Shown here: piece by piece, positions 1 to 10,996 of the stretch | How the letters are laid out: every line of letters begins with the position of its first letter | Position numbering within the stretch: position 1 is the stretch's first letter | NCBI RefSeq assembly: GCF_947568905.1 | Contig: NC_079164.1 | Span: forward strand, 53,444,001-53,508,000 | Direction: 5' to 3' | Source: Ostrea edulis | Lineage: Eukaryota | Length of the DNA: 64,000 nt | The notes under the pieces: generated by a model | What the model saw: the letters and a program-made list of their open reading frames with translations, nothing else | The model's database searches: none | What the model was told of the DNA's origin: nothing | Made by a program: the position numbers and the translations under genes

Positions 1-521
1 GTTTACCCTTTTATAATCCACTTCGCGGATGTGTGTGTGACTGCCCTTTCACCCTGTCCAGACTGCAATGAACATCTGTTGCTATTTGAAACATAACACA
101 ATAAGACTTCCCTTCATTGTCAACGACTCCATTTTAGACAATCTAGAGCCTAAAAAATAAGTTGAAGTTTCAATTTGTTATACAAAAAAAAGAGAGAAAG
201 GGGGGGGGCAGTGTACTGGGACTGCACCTGGTGAACTGCCCATGTATTATCATCTATATATTAAAAGATAGAAAGAGCATCTGGAACATCAGTTAATCTC
301 TACTAATAAAAGCAGACATGGTCACAAACTGCATACAAAAGATTCTTGTAATGACAGATAGATACTATGCTCTATGGTGCTTCAGAGGTTGATTAATATA
401 TAATGGAGCAAAATAGAGTTTCAGTTTTGATTGATATTTTTTTAACTTGGATCTGTGATTTGATGTTATAAACCTAGTAAACTCACAAGCTTAGTATTCC
501 TTTAATTAATCAGTGAATAAT

Positions 522-748
522 GAGAGAATTTCATCTCGTGGGAACGAATTTTATTTCGTGGGAACGACATCAACTTTGTGGGAAAGAATTTTAATTCGAG
601 GGAACGGATTTTATTTCGTGGAAACGAATCTAATTTCTTAGGAACAAATTCAATTTCGTGAGAACGAAATTATTCATGGGGACAAAATTAATTTCATAGG
701 GACGAATTTCATTTCGCGGGAACGAATTTTATTTCGTGGGAACGAATG
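522..748. repeat. Degenerate ~20-bp tandem repeat (GGAACGAATTTTATTTCGTG), ~11 copies
   Basis: Repeated GAACGAATTTTATTTCGTGG units with scattered substitutions, read directly. Confidence 0.85.
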
Positions 749-1908
749 TTTGAAAAAGTATCTCTTCCACCTGTCCTAAACCAGGCACCGTACGTTTAGA
801 CTGTACTATGAGCTGATTTCTAATTTTAAGAAAATGAAATTAATAAAATTAACAAAAGTATGCCCTACGCGCCTTAGTTTTTCCTACACGCGCACATCAT
901 CAAAGCTGTCACTGATTATATTTCCTCTCTTTTTCCTACACCCCTTGATTGACGTGTAAATGAAATAAAATACGTTATTGTTTAAAACGTACATGGCTCC
1001 ATCGACCGTAAGCGTCGGGCTCAAAGATGGTCGCCTGCATGGAGTTTATGGATGACATTTTAAGACGAGATAATGTTTCAGCCATGATTAGGAAATTTGA
1101 GTACCCGTCTTTGTGTGATAGCTGAAATAAATTGATTCTGTGTTTACCTTGGCAAATATTTAAAACATGCACAGCTTAAAACAGCCACCACAATCGTTTT
1201 TGTGAAATTACCTTAATGGGAATCGCAGTGTAGCGTGAATGGGAAGGCTTCTATATCGTATGTGCGTGTGAGTGATGTGGAGACAGTTTACAGCTCGCAA
1301 GACAGGGAAAACTATCTGTTATGTGAAACGTTGCTGAAGGATATATAACAACAGGTAATCCGTTTGACTTGTAAATTTCAGGGGACTATGATTGTGTCGA
1401 TGTTGTATCGATCATTTTCACTAGCCATTTTTAAAATATTAAGTACGGTATTATACGTCGTTGTGTTTTATGTATAGATTTTAATTATAAATAATTGTAT
1501 ATAAGATAATTCTGGTATACTAAAGCATATAACACTTCGTGCTACGACAGCCCAAGACATTAACAGCGTATAATGTATAACAAAAGGCACATGTGTTAGA
1601 TTGTAATTCTCTAGTTTGTTGGTGTGGCAATTTGGCAAACCCATTCTGCACAATTAACAATGACTCTTGCTGTGTACATACTGCAATTAGGTTAGCGAGT
1701 GATTCACCTGGTTTGTATTGATCGCGACAGAATATGTATTGGGTGTATTCTAAAACATTGCTCGGTATGTTTCCTAGCCAGACTTTGTTCAAGTCTTTAA
1801 ATGGTAGAGAATAAATTGTTAACTAACATTAAGATATTTGGCGTGATAAGACAAATACAAATTATTCGTTGGTCATTTTCTGGTACTGAAATTGCACTAG
1901 CTATAGTT

Positions 1909-2080
1909 CACGAACATGTAGGTAAATGATACTATAGCAGAACTAACAGAGTGCACGAACATGTAGGTAAATTATACTATAGCACAACTAACAGAGTGCA
2001 CGAACATGTAGGTAAATGATACTATAGCACAACTAACAGAGTGTACGAACATGTAGGTAAATGGTACTATAGCAGAACCC
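1909..2080. repeat. ~45-bp tandem repeat (CACGAACATGTAGGTAAATGATACTATAGCAGAACTAACAGAGTG), ~4 copies
   Basis: Four near-identical units visible directly. Confidence 0.85.
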
Positions 2081-2111
2081 ACAGGAAAAATGAGGTTCTA
2101 TTCTTTGTACA

Positions 2112-3425
2112 TTTTTAGGTCACCTGAGTTACTGCAATTGGTCGTTGCCCGTCTTCAGTGTGGTTTTTTTTTTACTTCTTAATAACTACCATTCCAATTC
2201 TTTTCAAATTTGGTATGAAGCATCTTTGATACAAGGGGGGCATCCAGGGGCCTTAGAGGCGGGACAAAAATTGCCCATTTTTCAAAAGTATTCTTCTCTA
2301 CAACTATACATGTGTAAGAAAAACTGAATGCAGGGTGATGTAGCGCAGAAAGGCTTCTACCAAAATTGTAAATTTCATAATCCCCAGGATAGAGGGGCCG
2401 GGCCAAACTTGGTGCATAGTATTTATTTGTAAAACATTTTAAAAACATCTTTAATGCTATTGATACTAAATTGAAACTAAATTGATATTTAGAATGAGCA
2501 GGAAGCCCTTTACCAAAATTGTAAATTTGATCATCCCAGGGTTTTGGTATCAGGGTGGGGCCAAAATGGTCAGTGATTAAATATGTAAACAATCGAACAT
2601 TTTTAACTTCTTGACAACTACCATTCCAATGCTTTTCGGATTTGATAAGGAGCATCTTTAGGACAAGGAAAACGTAAATTTCAGGATTTCTGCACCCCCG
2701 GGGCCTTAGGGGCAAGATAAAACTGTCAAAAATTGATCAATTTTCAAAATTCTTCTTTACAATCATCTTTAAGAAAAACTAAATGCATAGTGATATAGAG
2801 CAGAAAGGTCTCTACCAAAATTGTAGATTTCATGATCTCCGGGATCGAGGTTCTGACTCCAAACTTGATATATATATATATATATGTGTGTGTAAAACAT
2901 CTAAATGATATACATATATTCTTTAACGCTATTGATACTAAATTGAAACTGAATAGATATTAGGAAGGAGTAGGTAGTCCTTTACCAAAATTGTTTTTAT
3001 GATCCTAGCGGGTAAGGGTTTAGTGGTTCCAGGGTGGAGCCAAAATTATCATAGTGATTATTGTCTTTATCATTTGAAAGACTTCTGATACAGTATAAAA
3101 ACTAAATGCTTATATAGGAAAAGCAGAGAAGGATATACCAAATATTGATTTTTTTGCAATCCCAGGGTTTTGACTCCAGGACGGGTCCAAATTAGTCATA
3201 TCATGTTAATGTTACATATATCATATTATGTAAAGTCTTTCATTAGTGTAGGCACTTTCAGGGGCATTTAACTTTAAGAACACATTTTGTTTTATACTGT
3301 TGCTGAATATTAGAATTTAGCTTAGAATCCAGAACAGGAAGTTTTGGTAGATTCCATAGGCCTTGGGACTAGTGATACTTTTAACTAATACTCAGGTGAC
3401 CGATAGTGCCTGTGGGCCCCTTGTT
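2112..3425 (+). mobile_element. Non-autonomous Helitron/Helentron-type element (HINE-like) with internal degenerate ~165-bp monomers
   Basis: 5' TTTTAGGTCACCTGAG and 3' CTCAGGTGACC...GGCCCCTTGTT ends. Internal repeats contain CTACCAAAATTGTAAATTT...ATCCC. The same termini recur at 26131, 27928, 29473, 34656, 37696 and 41061. Confidence 0.75.
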
Positions 3426-4701
3426 AACGTACCGAAAGCTAATGGAGAACAATCTTAATTTCCTATTCAATCCGACGTAAACTGTAAACCCCCTAATGTG
3501 ACCCATGTCATTGTTGTAATATTTGGATTCACTGGGAGGGTGCAGTACAAAATTCCAGTATGACAACTTTTCATTATTGTAATATTTGTATTTACACCCA
3601 CCCAGTAAACTCAAACTTACAATATGACACCCATCTTAACTCCAAGGGCGCTCGTTTCGCAACCGGGCGGATCCATGTTCAATCTTTGGGTTCGCTAGGT
3701 CAAACCTAAGACATCAAACTATCCTTCGCCAAGCGCCCAAAATTAATAGTGAAAGTCACAGTGCTTTAAAGTGTATGCCCCGTGTCACGGTAGGCATTGA
3801 CGTGATAAAGAGCCATGCATAACTGCTACACCTTGAGCACCAAGCATAGAGAAAATGTGTGGCACTTCAATTAAAGGCTTTTGACTACTCTTATATGAGT
3901 GAAACATTTTTGAATGGGACGTAAAACGACATACTATCTACACATTGTCAATCCTTTCAATCCGTAAAACAATGTACTGTGCTTGTATATTAGGCCACCT
4001 GAGCCACTCGGGTTTTTGTCGTCCTGTGTGTGTCGAGCATTAACATTTAAACATTTGCAATTACTTTTCAGTCTACCATTGGGTTTACTACAATATTCAT
4101 GTAGCATAAATGAGGTAAAAGTGTGAATTCTAAGTTTTATTATCCATATTTCCAATGGAGGTTGGGGAAGGGGGGGGGAGTAACAGGGCCAAAACTTTAG
4201 GGGAAAATGCAACCTTACGAAACTATTCTTTATTTCGGGGCATCAACCACACATGCTGTACATAATCATTATGAGCATATGCATGGAAGCTTCTACCAAA
4301 ATTGTAAAATCTCTGGTCTAGGATCATAGGCGGGGTCTTGTTATTCATGTAATAAACATGGATACTTTCAAAAATGATATTTACTCCTGGACTCCAAGTA
4401 ACGGAACCGAATACATAGAAATAAAGAGGGGAGAAGCCTCTACCAAAATCTCTGAATTCATTCCTCTGTGCTAGGATGAAGCTGTTTGCCTTAATGAAAG
4501 TGAAAATACAGTCCTTTGTGGGGTTAGATGTACACGTATAACAAAGGTACATAACGGGCTAGCCCTTTGTGAGGTTTGATAAATGATACCAGACATGTAA
4601 AGGCATTTCTTTAAAATCTTATTATTAACTCATGGACATCAAATAATGGTAATATTGATTAGAGAATTATCCACCAGACTTGTGAAATTCAGGGACTCTA
4701 C

Positions 4702-5406
4702 CATCTTCACAAGTCAAGGGTTATTGATTCGTTACCTCGCACTAACCCTTGACATCAGTCGCTATTTAAAAGTTGGACTCAAGAAGAAGGATGACGCAAT
4801 ACGCTAAAATTAATCAGCCAATGGAATTTCTTGTTTCAGATGATAGTTTGGTAAGGGAATAAACAGAAAGTAAAAAATGGCGTCCGTTGACGAAAAGATA
4901 TGTGAAAAACATTAAATCGATCATCTGACTGAAAACCAAAAGCTTTCGATATCATGTATCAGAGAAGGAAAATATGTTTTTATTGGGACTAAAACTGGCA
5001 GTGCTAAATCGCTATCTTACGAAGTTGTTCCCATCATTTTGGAAAATTTGTTGAATTTGTTAAAACATAGTCGACAAACGTACTTCGACAATCCATCATT
5101 TTCATTCGGCTCATACCCCAAAACCTTGTCTAATTGTTTCTTCAAGCAAAACGAACTCCCGAAAATCAATCGACGGTATCTGTCTTGTACTAATTGGCCA
5201 CAAATTCTACACCATAATACCGTCGCCATGCATGTTTACTGTTTAGTTTTGTTTTCGACCGATTATAAAAGCCGTTGTCTGATTGGTTTGCAGCTTCAGG
5301 CTGCAAACCAATCATGTGCTTCTTCTCGAGCCCAACTTTTAAATAGCGACTGATGTCAAGGGTTAGTGCGAGGTAACGAATCAATAACCCTTGACTTGTG
5401 AAGATG
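4702..5406. mobile_element. Non-autonomous AcademH-like DNA transposon: ~75-88-bp TIRs, 9-bp TSD, convergent helicase and C4 zinc-finger stubs
   Basis: TIRs CATCTTCACAAGTCAAGGGTTATTGATTCG... are inverted at both ends. Perfect 9-bp TSD GGACTCTAC at 4693-4701 and 5407-5415. The + strand from ~4877 reads MASVDEKICEKH*IDHLTENQKLSISCIREGKYVFIGTKTGSAKSLSYEVVP (Q-motif/Walker A of an SF2 RecQ-like helicase). The - strand 5229-5017 reads CRICG...VCRLCFNK (zf-AD-like C4 finger). Confidence 0.75.
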
Positions 5407-6254
5407 GGACTCTACTATAGGGACAGGATGTTGAATCCACATCGTTAAATCCATTATTTCCTTTAGTTTCATGGACATCAAATATCCGTTTGTTTTACGT
5501 TCTATTCCAGACTTTTTTCACTCACGTTGAGAACCACTAGCTCTAGGTGAAATGCCATAAACTTTGGCCTATGTATGACGCTTACGGACGTAGCAGTGGT
5601 TTCTTTAGATCGTGCCAACGCTTACAGTGACAAGGAACCTCCGTTTTTAAGGTCATACCCGAAAGATTCCTGACTTTCACATCTAATGTCGAATGTTTGG
5701 CGGAGGAACAGTCACTACCTATGTTAAATGTCTTGGTGAAGGAACAGTTATTACCTATGCTAAATGTCTTGGGTTTAACGAGAACGCGTAATCGGAAGAT
5801 CGAACCCGGGGATTCACAGTTGCGAAACGAGCGCCGTAACTGTTACACAAGGCTGCCGCGACAGGTGTGTGCATCCATTGGGGGTTTTTTTGTGGGCTTT
5901 TTTTGGGGGGGGAGTGTATTTTTTTATGTATTTATTTTCAATGGAATGTTCTTATGATATCATAAACTGTTATACTAGTATTCTATACAAACCCGCGACA
6001 TCCTGATGTATACTACTTGTCATAAATTCATAATATTGTGATATGTTCATGTATATTAAACTGGTAATTGTTATTCTTACTAGTATTTGGTCATACAATT
6101 TGTTACCCACACAATTTGGCCTTAACTGGTATTCTATATGCAATTTCTGATATTTATGTTTCTTAAGTTTGTAGAATGCAATAACTATGAAATGCAATGT
6201 TCAATATACAATTTTTTCCCCGGCAAAACACGGGGTCCTAACATTTTCGATATA

Positions 6255-9200
6255 CGAGGGTTGATCTTAAAGTTCATAAAAAAAATTCCTAAATTTTATT
6301 GTGATGAAGCAATGGCATAGAATATACATAGTTATGAACCAGAGAATTTAACTAGTATGAGTAGAAAATTGTATAACTTTATGATAACAAGCAGTTTGAA
6401 AATGGTACGTTGCGAAACCAGGGGGAGGTGTCTTTGAAAGTGCCGTTTTGATATAAATTTACTAAATATATATATTTAACGTGACCACACCACAAAAACC
6501 AAACCTTTTCAAGATAGCGCTCCGCCTATTTTTATTGATTTTTATGGCGATTCACCCACATGTCATAGCATGTGTCTTAATACCACTTAAAATCAAACCC
6601 CGGAAGAATTTCCTGTGTTGCCGCTTTTAGATCCTAAGTAGTCTCAAACTGTAAACCACTTAGATCTTCCTTCACCTCGGGGAAAACGCGAAAGTCCATC
6701 GATGCAAAGTCGGTGCTATAAGGAGGTTGTTCTAATTTTTGGAAACCCAGAGGATAGAATTCAAGCTGTGTTTTCAGAGCGTTGTGGGATACGGCGTTAT
6801 CTTGCTGTGTTTTCAGAGCGTTGTGGGATACGGCGTTATCTTGCTGTGTTTTCAGAGCGTTGTGGGATACGGCGTTATCTTGCTGTGTTTTCAGAGCGTT
6901 GTGGGATACGGCGTTATCTTGCTGTGTTTTCAGGGCGTTGTGGGATACGGCGTTATCTTGCTGTGTTTTCAGGGCGTTGTGGGATACGGCGTTATCTTGC
7001 TGTGTTTTCAGGGCGTTGTGGGATACGGCGTTATCTTGCTGTGTTTTCAGGGCGTTGTGGGATACGGCGTTATCTTGCTGTGTTTTCAGAGCGTTGTGGG
7101 ATACGGCGTTATCTTGCTGTGTTTTCAGAGCGTTGTGGGATACGGCGTTATCTTGCTGTGTTTTCAGGGCGTTGTGGGATACGGCGTTATCTTGCTGTGT
7201 TTTCAGAGCGTTGTGGGATACGGCGTTATCTTGCTGTGTTTTCAGAGCGTTGTGAGATACGGCGTTATCTTGCTGTGTTTTCTGAGCGTTGTGGAATACG
7301 GCGTTATCTTGCTGTGTTTTCAGAGCGTTGTGGGATACGGCGTTATCTTGCTGTGTTTTCAGAGCGTTGTGGGATACGGCGTTATCTTGCTGTGTTTTCA
7401 GGGCGTTGTGGGATACGTCGTTATCTTGCTGTGTTTTCAGAGCGTTGTGGGATACGGCGTTATCTTGCTGTGTTTTCAGGGCGTTGTGGGATACGGCGTT
7501 ATCTTGCTGTGTTTTCAGGGCGTTGTGGGATACGGCGTTATCTTGCTGTGTTTTCAGAGCGTTGTGGGATACGGCGTTATCTTGCTGTGTTTTCAGGGCG
7601 TTGTGGGATACGGCGTTATCTTGCTGTGTTTTCAGGGCGTTGTGGGATACGGCGTTATCTTGCTGTGTTTTCAGAGCGTTGTGGGATACGGGGTTATCTT
7701 GCTGTGTTTTCAGGGCGTTGTGGGATACGGCGTTATCTTGCTGTGTTTTCAGGGCGTTGTGGGATACGGCGTTATCTTGCTGTGTTTTCAGAGCGTTGTG
7801 GGATACGGCGTTATCTTGTTGTGTTTTCAGGGCGTTGTGGGATACGGCGTTATCTTGCTGTGTTTTCAGAGCGTTGTGGGATACGGCGTTATCTTGCTGT
7901 GTTTTCTGAGCGTTGTGGAATACGGCGTTATCTTGCTGTGTTTTCAGAGCGTTGTGGGATACGGCGTTATCTTGCTGTGTTTTCAGAGCGTTGTGGGATA
8001 CGGCGTTATCTTGCTGTGTTTTCAGGGCGTTGTGGGATACGGCGTTATCTTGCTGTGTTTTCAGAGCGTTGTGGGATACGGCGTTATCTTGCTGTGTTTT
8101 CAGGGCGTTGTGGGATACGGCGTTATCTTGCTGTGTTTTCAGGGCGTTGTGGGATACGGCGTTATCTTGCTGTGTTTTCAGAGCGTTGTGGGATACGGTG
8201 TTATCTTGCTGTGTTTTCAGGGCGTTGTGGGATACGGCGTTATTTTGCTGTGTTTTCAGGGCGTTGTGGGATACGGCGTTATCTTGCTGTGTTTTCAGGG
8301 CGTTGTGGGATACGGCGTTATCTTGCTGTGTTTTCAGGGCGTTGTGGGATACGGCGTTATCTTGAAGAATAAAGTCTTCAGTGTCCAATTCTAGTAGTTT
8401 GTTTGTGTTTTGTTTTTTTAAAGAAGGAAGGAGATGAAATCTGAGGTTCTAAACATTAATATTAGAATCCATTAGAACAGATGAGGGGGGGGCGGTAACA
8501 TACTGTCATCCGGAGTTTTAATTTATCATATTAGTATTCAGTAAAACAATCATTCACATGTTTTAGAATGTATAATTGTTATTGAAAGGTTAGTTTATTC
8601 AATTTGACTTCGATTTTACATATCGCTGAATAAATGAATGTTGTGTATCAATCCTTTGATGCATTCACAGTCCGTCCCTCTGGCACCTGATGAGTAAGAA
8701 TTATCTCGCGCCAATCCATAGAGATAAACATGCGTTAGGTACAAGGATTTTTTGCTTTCTTCAATAGTGAGGATTGGTGTGTATTATATACAGCAGACTG
8801 CTTCTTTGATTTCAGGACGTAATGCTAGAGCCATGGTTATGATTTGATCAAGGAACATCACAGACATTGTCTTAAAAACTCATTATATCTCAATCCCTGA
8901 CCTAGAAAATAGTCTAGACATCTATCTCGCACTCACTATCTTCATATTCAGATCAAATTTCAAAATGCGCTCGGCTGTTCAATATGAGCTCCCAATCTCC
9001 GCCACAGTGTCCCGGTCAGATTTTGATCATCTTCCTCCTTAAAGCCGAGGTTTATAACCAGTGTTTTGCCACTTGAACACGAGTTGCTACACTTTCGTCC
9101 TGTCTCTGTCGTCGATTTATGCGTCAGAGTCAAGGTGTTCCCAAGGTTTTCACAGAACTTTTATGGATTTTCGATGTATTTCAATGATGTCATGAGAAAT

Positions 9201-9468
9201 GAATCACAAATAGAATATTTAAATAGGTCTTCTCAGTAAAATCGACAGAACTGTCTTTAAAATTTGTTACTTCGAACAATCAGTATTATGACGTCATTTT
9301 GTTTTCCTATTACATTTCGCGCGTTTTTTCTTTTAATACTTACTGAAGGTCACAAAAATGATTAAATTCATAGTAGACTGAATATTATCATGTGTAATTT
9401 TGAATCATTTCTATTGAGAAATTAAAAGAATATAGAGGAAATTTACGAACTTTTGCATCCAACCCTCG
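6255..9468 (-). mobile_element. Degenerate mariner (Tc1/mariner) transposon with TIRs and TA TSD
   Basis: TA|CGAGGGTTGATCTTAAAGTTC at the left, GAACTTTTGCATCCAACCCTCG|TA at the right. Minus-strand remnants read KFDLNMKIVSAR*, LTHQVPEGRTVNAS, FILQDNAVSH and QPPYSTDFASMDFRVFPEVK (degenerate WVPxxL, QDNA and YSPDLAPxD motifs). Stops and frameshifts are present. Confidence 0.9.
6766..8364. repeat. 39-bp minisatellite, exactly 41 copies, inside the mariner transposase
   Basis: Unit CTGTGTTTTCAG(A/G)GCGTTGTGGGATACGGCGTTATCTTG; 1599 bp = 41 x 39 with no indels. It explains the 550-580 aa repetitive ORFs in the track. Confidence 0.97.
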
Positions 9469-9649
9469 TATTACGTAGAATTCCAAAATTTTTAAAGGCC
9501 AGTTTCAAGGCTGGGCCAGATTTTAAAGAATGCCACAATATTTTGCATTAATAGGTCAACATTATGACATCATTGCAGAAGTCTTTATTCTTGATATAGG
9601 GGCATGAGAAACAATTCCTATTTCCGGAAGCATGAAGTAGACCTGTATA

Positions 9650-9950
9650 ATGGCAAATGAGGAAAACACTGCAGCAGCTGGTTGGAGTAGTTTCACAATG
9701 AGCCCTCTTCTCTGCATTTTGTCCATGGGGCTAGGTTGTTTGTCGACTCTTTTCCAAACCATAGCTTTTAGCACACATGCCTGGTTTGTTATGACGGAGT
9801 TCATGACAGACAATGATACAGGACAAATCCAAAGTGTTGAGATCTACACAGGACTATGGTACACTGTAAAGTGTCAGAACGGTGCTTGCAAATCTACAAC
9901 ACATCTAAACGGATTCATGGACGATTTAGACGCGGGCAGACACTATAAAG
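9650..9950 (+). CDS. Claudin/PMP22-superfamily tetraspan membrane protein, coding exon 1
   Basis: MANEENT...LLCILSMGLGCLSTLFQTIAF (TM1), then W...GLWYTVKCQNGAC (W-GLW-C-C signature). Donor AAAG|GTACGC at 9950/9951, phase 1. Confidence 0.85.
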
Positions 9951-10919
9951 GTACGCTCTATATTCTTGCTAGATTTAATTCTTGCCAAATGTTTTATGCG
10001 TATTAGTGCTATAACATAGTATAATAATTTCATTTTTGTGTGTGTATGTATGTGGTGGTCTTGTTGCGCTTTTGTTGAATGGGACCTTCGAAAAGTCAGT
10101 AAGCATATCGATCGTTGTTACGAGCAAATACACATGAAAGACTTTATTGTGTAAGGTAGTTGTTACCATAGAAATAGATATATTTTATTTTTATTTAATC
10201 TTGTAACTTTATCAAAAAACCAACAAATTGAAATATTGCAGAACATAAAATAACATGTTTTCACACTTTTTTGTTGTTGTTGTAAGGGACCGTCGTTGCT
10301 TGTCGCGTCCATGACTCAACATCGGCTCTTTACCACGAACAGGTGTTTAGATAATGCACTGTCTGTGTCCAGAAAATTCGTCTGATGTATGCTGTAAATG
10401 GACATTATTGAACGCTAAATCTGCGCCACCAATACAACACCAATTTCCTCCTTAGTTCATCTACGATTCACACATTATCGATATTCAATAAAAGCCGTAT
10501 ACAAGCTTTAATGACAATCTGCTAAGCATCACCACTTCTATCTATTTCCAGAAAAAAGCAGACCCCAAAGCGTTTTAGTGTGAATTGTCACGGTTTGAAA
10601 TCGGTTTACAAATCTCGAGTCCACTATTTTGAACATGAAATGTCAGACATTTTAGTATTTTTTTAAGATCGTGAATTCATTCTACATGATACCTCGATCA
10701 GTAGTAAGATGGTAAACTTGTTGGGTATCTGTAGTGCCTTTTCTGGCTATTTAAATACCAGGTAGTAGAGGCACTATAATTTCACAAAGATTACATTCAG
10801 TCTGTTGACACACACAATTACATGTATTACATACTTTTATTCACAGTCTTTAAAACTTCACGTGAGCTAAGTCACTTGGGGATCTAGTACTATCTATCGT
10901 CGTGTGTTAAGTTTTTAAC

Positions 10920-10922
<3 letters not shown>

Positions 10923-10992
<70 letters not shown>
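10923..10992. repeat. (TA)n microsatellite
   Basis: About 35 TA units followed by (TAT)n. Another long TA run lies at ~21821-21869. Confidence 0.95.

Positions 10993-10996
<4 letters not shown>

Noticed and set aside
6766-8364. CRISPR array
   Set aside because: Units are directly adjacent with no unique spacers, no cas genes are present, and the context is eukaryotic.
6702-8394. Plus-strand 551-556 aa ORFs (and 150-206 aa ORFs) as real proteins
   Set aside because: They are translations of a stop-free 39-bp repeat; only the minus frame connects to recognisable (transposase) sequence.
8688-8700. CTGATGAG as a second hammerhead core
   Set aside because: There is no stem II/GAAA partner; it is the antisense of the mariner LTHQVP codons.
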